Virus record (IMG/VR): IMGVR_UViG_3300027822_000024
Location: 1-41,968 of that record
DNA: 41,968 nt
Reading direction: 5' to 3' (one strand)
Source: a virus
Lineage: Duplodnaviria; Caudoviricetes
Shown: in pieces, positions 37,377 to 41,968 of the stretch
Layout of the letters: each line of letters opens with the position of its first letter
Numbering within the stretch: position 1 is the stretch's first letter
Program-made: the position numbers and the translations under genes
The notes under the pieces: model-generated
Database searches by the model: none
What the model was told of the DNA's origin: nothing
The model's input: the letters and a program-made list of their open reading frames with translations, nothing else

Positions 37377-37784
37377 ATGTCAGCATCAAATTTTTTAGAA
37401 TCGGCTATTGCTAACTATATTTTTAGGTCAGTATCTCTTACTGCACCGACAGAGATTAATATAGGCTTATTTACAACAATGCCAAATGAGTATGGTGTTG
37501 GTGGTGTTGAGCCATCTGCTACTGAGTACGCAAGGGTTCTTTATGGACCTGGAGCTTCTTATTGGACTGAGCCTCAATCAGGCGATGGTATTTCAAGCAA
37601 TGTGTCAATGGTTCTATTTCCGGCACCAACAGGAGCCGCATGGGGTACAGTTATCGGATTTGGGATATGGGATCAATCCGCAAATCTTTTATTTGATCAT
37701 CAGTTTGCTATGGCCGTAATTATAGGATCTGGAAGTGACGCGCCTAAGTTTGACCCTGGTACATTGAGGGTAATTTTCTCATAG
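37377..37784 (+). CDS. Virion structural protein (single-domain paralog of 31370..32197)
   Basis: SNFLESAIANYIF...IGLFT..P...E...YAR...FP...WGTV. Confidence 0.7.
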   Translation: MSASNFLESAIANYIFRSVSLTAPTEINIGLFTTMPNEYGVGGVEPSATEYARVLYGPGASYWTEPQSGDGISSNVSMVLFPAPTGAAWGTVIGFGIWDQSANLLFDHQFAMAVIIGSGSDAPKFDPGTLRVIFS

Positions 37785-37799
37785 CAAAGGGGGATAAAA

Positions 37800-38117
37800 A
37801 TGGATGACTGTTTTGTTGAGGATTGCGAAAACATAAAAGAAGTTAAGTCAATTTTAAGAAGAAAAGTATCTTTATCAACACTTACAATTGTCGCAGGAGT
37901 TGTTACGATATGTATTGGATCCGTTGTTGCTGTTTATGGTTATGTTATGCAGGATTCGCTTTCAAGAATAATAGCAGAGGAAGCTCAAATTACAACCAAT
38001 ACCATATTAGCCAGTGAAAATAGAGTTGAAATAACAAATCTTAAGCGTTCCTTGTTTACAAAAAACGAGTTCAAGTCTATGCTGAGGGAAGTCCTTGCCG
38101 ATTGTAACGAACAATGA
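37800..38117 (+). CDS. Single-TM membrane protein, possible holin-module component
   Basis: One hydrophobic helix followed by coiled-coil; directly before the amidase. Confidence 0.5.
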   Translation: MDDCFVEDCENIKEVKSILRRKVSLSTLTIVAGVVTICIGSVVAVYGYVMQDSLSRIIAEEAQITTNTILASENRVEITNLKRSLFTKNEFKSMLREVLADCNEQ

Positions 38118-38158
38118 GTAAACTTATCTGTATAAACGAAGAAGGGGGGGGTGGTTTT

Positions 38159-38705
38159 ATGAATCCAAGATCGATATTTATTGATCCTGGACATTGAGCT
38201 GGGTGGCCATGATAAAGGTGCTTCATATTGTGGAGTGGATGAATCTGATATAAACTTGCCAATCGCTTTTTATTTGGATTACGAGCTTAGATTAGAAGGA
38301 ATTAAAACATTTCTTTCAAGGGATAAAGATGAATATATTTCTTTGTATCAAAGAATATTTACTGCCAATATGTTAAGAGCAGATTTTTTCGTCTCTATCC
38401 ATTGTGATGCTTTCGAAGTTCCTGCTGCGTGTGGGATGACAGTGCATACGTTTACAACACATTCAGCAATGTCCATGGTTTTAGCAAAGGAAATTGACAA
38501 CCAATTGATAAACCAGTTCCCTGAGGCAAGGCATAGGGACATTAGAGAATCAAATTTATATGTCCTTGGCAATACTGTAATGCCAGCAGTTCTTGTTGAA
38601 TGTGGATTTTTATCTAATGATATTAGGAGAGAGTTTTTAAAAGAAGCCGAGAATCAGAAAAGACTGGCACAAGCAATTAAGCAAGGAATAATTTTAACAA
38701 TATGA
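38159..38705 (+). pseudogene. N-acetylmuramoyl-L-alanine amidase (Amidase_3) endolysin, frame-disrupted
   Basis: ATG 38159 gives MNPRSIFIDPGH then TGA; GGHDKGA...E...SIHCDA...VLVECGF continues in another frame after 7 extra nt. Confidence 0.8.
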
Positions 38706-38896
38706 AAACACGAGTTTTAACCAGTCTATTAAAAAAGGTAAGGGCAACAGTAACAAGCAAAGAGTTTAGACAAGTAGAAGATATTATTATTAATGTGGCT
38801 TTGCTTTCTTCAGACCCGAAAGTAAGAGCCGCTGCTAAAGTAACTCGTTTGGTTCTTAACGCCAAACATAAAAAGGAAAAGGAACAAGTATCGTGA
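38702..38896 (+). CDS. Small basic hypothetical protein
   Basis: 64 aa, 4-nt overlaps with both neighbours. Confidence 0.6.
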   Translation: MKTRVLTSLLKKVRATVTSKEFRQVEDIIINVALLSSDPKVRAAAKVTRLVLNAKHKKEKEQVS

Positions 38897-39432
38897 ATTC
38901 AATAACGACTGATATAATGGATGTGCTGATGATTCCGGAAAAGGATTTTCCATTTCTGGCATTAACGGATAATATGCATTCTTTATTTTCTGCTGGTATT
39001 AAGTTCCATGAAAAAGGTTCTTATAATCATTTATTGTGGTATGTTTCACCTAATGTAGTTATTTCTCAAGATTGGCTTTTGCATAGAGTACCGGCAGAAA
39101 AGTATCTGACAGGAAATCATAGAATAAAGCTTATAACAAGTCCCACGTGGCGTGACCATGAGCGAGAATTAATTAAAAATTATCTTGATTCGGAAGTGAA
39201 TAAACCATGGTACGATAGACTATATGATCCGCTGCAAATTGTAGGTTTGGCAATGGGTTTGCGGTGGCTTCAGATACCAGGCAAGTCAAGGATTTGCAGT
39301 GATCATGCTAATGTCTTGCGCTTGGTAGACGAGAATTATGATTTAGAGCACCCTTCGCCAACTGAGGTTAATAAATACACAAAGAAAAATGATCAGCTTT
39401 ATAGTGTGTATATGAGATTTGTACCAGATTAA
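38893..39432 (+). CDS. Permuted papain-like (YiiX/NlpC-P60-type) enzyme
   Basis: His (YNH) precedes Cys (ICSD), with YD motif between. Confidence 0.6.
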   Translation: MNSITTDIMDVLMIPEKDFPFLALTDNMHSLFSAGIKFHEKGSYNHLLWYVSPNVVISQDWLLHRVPAEKYLTGNHRIKLITSPTWRDHERELIKNYLDSEVNKPWYDRLYDPLQIVGLAMGLRWLQIPGKSRICSDHANVLRLVDENYDLEHPSPTEVNKYTKKNDQLYSVYMRFVPD

Positions 39433-39459
39433 TAATAACGATAAAAAAAGGAGGTCTTT

Positions 39460-39852
39460 ATGAAAAAAATATTTATAACGTTGTTTTGTTGCCTGTTTCT
39501 TTGTATACCTTTTGTTAGTGCGGAACCGAGCGATATCGCAAGTAAAAATAGAATTTTTACTTGGACAGCAAATACAGAAGCTGATCTTGCAGGATATAAG
39601 ATTTATCATGAAAAGAAATTTCTTGTAACCGTTTCTGATCCTACTGCAATAAGGTTTGAGTATGTTGTTGATGAACTGGCAGAAGGCGATAATATTTTTA
39701 ATATGACAGCTTTTGATACAGCAGGGAATGAAAGTGTTTTTTCAGAGGATGCTATTTTTACTTACGATAGTACAGCGCCGGCAGCACCTGGCGAAGTTGT
39801 GGTATTTAAACAAACGCTTAACACGCGGGTAACAATAGAAACATTTGATTAA
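39460..39852 (+). CDS. Secreted fibronectin type III-like protein
   Basis: Signal peptide, WTANTEADLAGYKIY...TAFDTAGNES..S. Confidence 0.75.
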   Translation: MKKIFITLFCCLFLCIPFVSAEPSDIASKNRIFTWTANTEADLAGYKIYHEKKFLVTVSDPTAIRFEYVVDELAEGDNIFNMTAFDTAGNESVFSEDAIFTYDSTAPAAPGEVVVFKQTLNTRVTIETFD

Positions 39853-39879
39853 TACGCGCTCTAAATAATTGGTGTTAGA

Positions 39880-41586
39880 ATGGCTTTAACGATAACAATA
39901 GAAGGCAAGGGAGTTATAGCAAACTCAGACTCACTGACTGCTGATACAGCAGGCGGGAGTTGGGGTAAGGTAGGAAATGGTTCTCTCTCCCTTTCTACGG
40001 AAACGTATCTTGTAGGATCCTCGTGTGTTGCTCTTGCTGTATCAAATGAACATTCAGCACTGTATTATGATCTTGGTGCTGGAAATGAATTGGATTTCGA
40101 TATTGCAGGAGCTGAAGAAGGTCAGCATATTTATATGTGGATATTTCTGCCTACTCCAGGACTTGGAGAATCCATTGCCAATGAAGGCGGAAAGATTCGG
40201 CTATACACCACGCTTTCTGATTATCGTTCTTATATGATTACAGCTTCTGATGATAGTAATGGGTGGAACGGTGGGTGGAGATGTTTTGTGCTTGATCCCA
40301 CCAAAGCAGGAACTTTTACCGACTCAGGAACATATGATCATGGTTCTATTCGTTATATCGGTGTTGATTACGATGCAAAGGCAAATGCCAAAGGTGATAA
40401 TGTTTTTATTGACCAGATTTCGGTAGGTTCTGGCCTCCGCATAACCGGTACCTCTACAACAGGATGGGCAGATGCCGTTGCTTATTGCACAGACCTTCCC
40501 AATAGGGGTTGGGGCATGTTGCAGGAACGAGAGGGAATTTATTATGCCTATGGTAAGATCTATATCGGAGATGCTACCAGCCAAGCAGCTGCGGTTTCTT
40601 TTACGGATTCCGGCCGTGTTATTCAGTTTGGAGAAAGTGAATATTATTATAATTCAGCATGGGTCACCTCCGCTGATATTGATTACAGTGGTATAGTAAT
40701 TGAAGATCATGCCTCGTATATCACCACATATGAGGATGGCGTTATCGTTGGTTCTGATAAAGGCAGGTCTGGCAGCACCATAATTGGAAACTCTAATCAT
40801 GATGTAGCGCTTGATTTTTTTGGAGGTAATAACGCGAACTCAGTAACAGCTTTATATGGAACCACTATTAAAGAAGTTACAGGTCTTATAAATAGCGGGA
40901 ACGATATTGGGCATAAGTTTTTAGGGGTTTCTTTTTTAAAATCAGCTCAATTTGATCCGGTAGGCGCTCCGGTGATACGGAACTGTATTTTTGCAGAGGT
41001 CGCACCAAATGCTGCAGCTCATTCAGCGGCATTGCTTTGGAATTCAAATATAGATATTCAAGACTGTAGCTTTATAGCTAATAATGATCCGGCGGGTAGT
41101 TACGTAGGCCATGGTATTGAGCACTCTGTGGCTATCTCAACTGTATACACAAATCTGGTTTTTTCAGGAAATGAGAAAGATGTTTTGTTCAGTGCTACAA
41201 CAGGGAACCTTGTGGCATCGAAGTCAGGAACGTCAGATCCGTCAACATACACTAACTCATCAACAGGAACCGTAACATTTCCTGGTTCTGTACCGTTAAA
41301 AATAAGAGTTTTGGATGGAGATGATAACAATGCTCTTGTTGTGGGTGCTCAAACTTCTATCTATCTTTCATCGGATAATACGGAACTGATGAACGAAGAT
41401 ACAAACACATCCGGATTAGCGGAGGATTCTTTCGCTGGAACTACTCCTGCGAATTGTTATATAAGGGTACGTAAAAACTCAACGGGAGGAACAAAGTACA
41501 AAAGCTATTCGTCAGTAGGAACCATCGAATCCAATACAGGACTTGATATCACAGTAGTTTTAACTCAAGATGCAATAACAAATTAA
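39880..41586 (+). CDS. Putative virion fibre/spike protein
   Basis: 568 aa Gly/Ser/Thr-rich, beta-helix-like repeats (IRNCIF, IQDCSF). Confidence 0.55.
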   Translation: MALTITIEGKGVIANSDSLTADTAGGSWGKVGNGSLSLSTETYLVGSSCVALAVSNEHSALYYDLGAGNELDFDIAGAEEGQHIYMWIFLPTPGLGESIANEGGKIRLYTTLSDYRSYMITASDDSNGWNGGWRCFVLDPTKAGTFTDSGTYDHGSIRYIGVDYDAKANAKGDNVFIDQISVGSGLRITGTSTTGWADAVAYCTDLPNRGWGMLQEREGIYYAYGKIYIGDATSQAAAVSFTDSGRVIQFGESEYYYNSAWVTSADIDYSGIVIEDHASYITTYEDGVIVGSDKGRSGSTIIGNSNHDVALDFFGGNNANSVTALYGTTIKEVTGLINSGNDIGHKFLGVSFLKSAQFDPVGAPVIRNCIFAEVAPNAAAHSAALLWNSNIDIQDCSFIANNDPAGSYVGHGIEHSVAISTVYTNLVFSGNEKDVLFSATTGNLVASKSGTSDPSTYTNSSTGTVTFPGSVPLKIRVLDGDDNNALVVGAQTSIYLSSDNTELMNEDTNTSGLAEDSFAGTTPANCYIRVRKNSTGGTKYKSYSSVGTIESNTGLDITVVLTQDAITN

Positions 41587-41597
41587 GCGGAGGAGCC

Positions 41598-41968
41598 ATG
41601 GATGCTATAAAAGTAAATCCTGGAAATGCAAGTGATGATATAAATATTTATTATTTGGGTGACAATCGGCAGAAAAGAATTGTATGGGCCGGAGCAACAG
41701 ACGGAACTGAAGATGCTTCAATGAACCAGTTGTATTCCGGTTTAATGGATCATTTTGATGAGTCCCTGCAAATGGACGACGGTATACCAATGTCTGCTCA
41801 GACACCTGTTGAGTATACCATAGGTAAAATCGACGCAGGTGATAATGATCCGTGGTACGTTTCATATAAAACAATGGAATTTCTTAACGGTGGCGCTCTT
41901 CAAACTTCTGGTTGGACAAGAGTCCAGGATTCCAATACTGGAATTGTCGTTGTGCCGGTAACATCGAA
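41598..41968 (+). CDS. Putative virion protein (runs off window)
   Basis: GGAGGAG RBS, MDAIKVNPGNASDDINIYY...LYSGLMDHFD...MDDGIPMSAQTP.EYT, open to the end. Confidence 0.7.
   Translation, partial: MDAIKVNPGNASDDINIYYLGDNRQKRIVWAGATDGTEDASMNQLYSGLMDHFDESLQMDDGIPMSAQTPVEYTIGKIDAGDNDPWYVSYKTMEFLNGGALQTSGWTRVQDSNTGIVVVPVTS

Noticed and set aside
38195-38197. TGA readthrough or alternative genetic code
   Set aside because: The downstream amidase is in a different frame, and all other long genes are intact under the standard code.
28487-41968. Diversity-generating retroelement or tail-fibre invertase system
   Set aside because: No reverse transcriptase, recombinase or template/variable repeat pair seen.

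Overview
About 42 kb of a tailed dsDNA phage genome with siphovirus-type organisation. The left ~9.7 kb is a minus-strand cluster of small accessory genes. It holds three paralogous HNH-AP2 endonucleases, a Gp88-like protein, a small paralog family and two 43-aa membrane peptides missed by the ORF track. A repeat-rich control region (7.3-10.4 kb) carries a five-copy palindromic operator, duplicated sigma70 promoters, a sigma54/IHF/enhancer-like promoter and a microsatellite. From 10.4 kb the plus strand carries a morphogenesis operon: terminases, portal, S49 protease/scaffold, capsid, neck, tail tube, frameshifted chaperone, tape measure and tail tip, followed by lysis and further virion genes. 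The most notable feature is a transposase-less IS607-type (Fanzor-like) TnpB between the tail chaperone and tape measure genes. A separate miniature copy of its structured 3' end (putative omegaRNA scaffold) lies 7.8 kb upstream in the head operon. Both copies abut start codons of structural genes, and one appears to supply the tape measure RBS and ATG. The endolysin is interrupted by a 7-nt insertion right after its first Zn-ligand His. All family assignments come from motif recognition by eye, not database searches.
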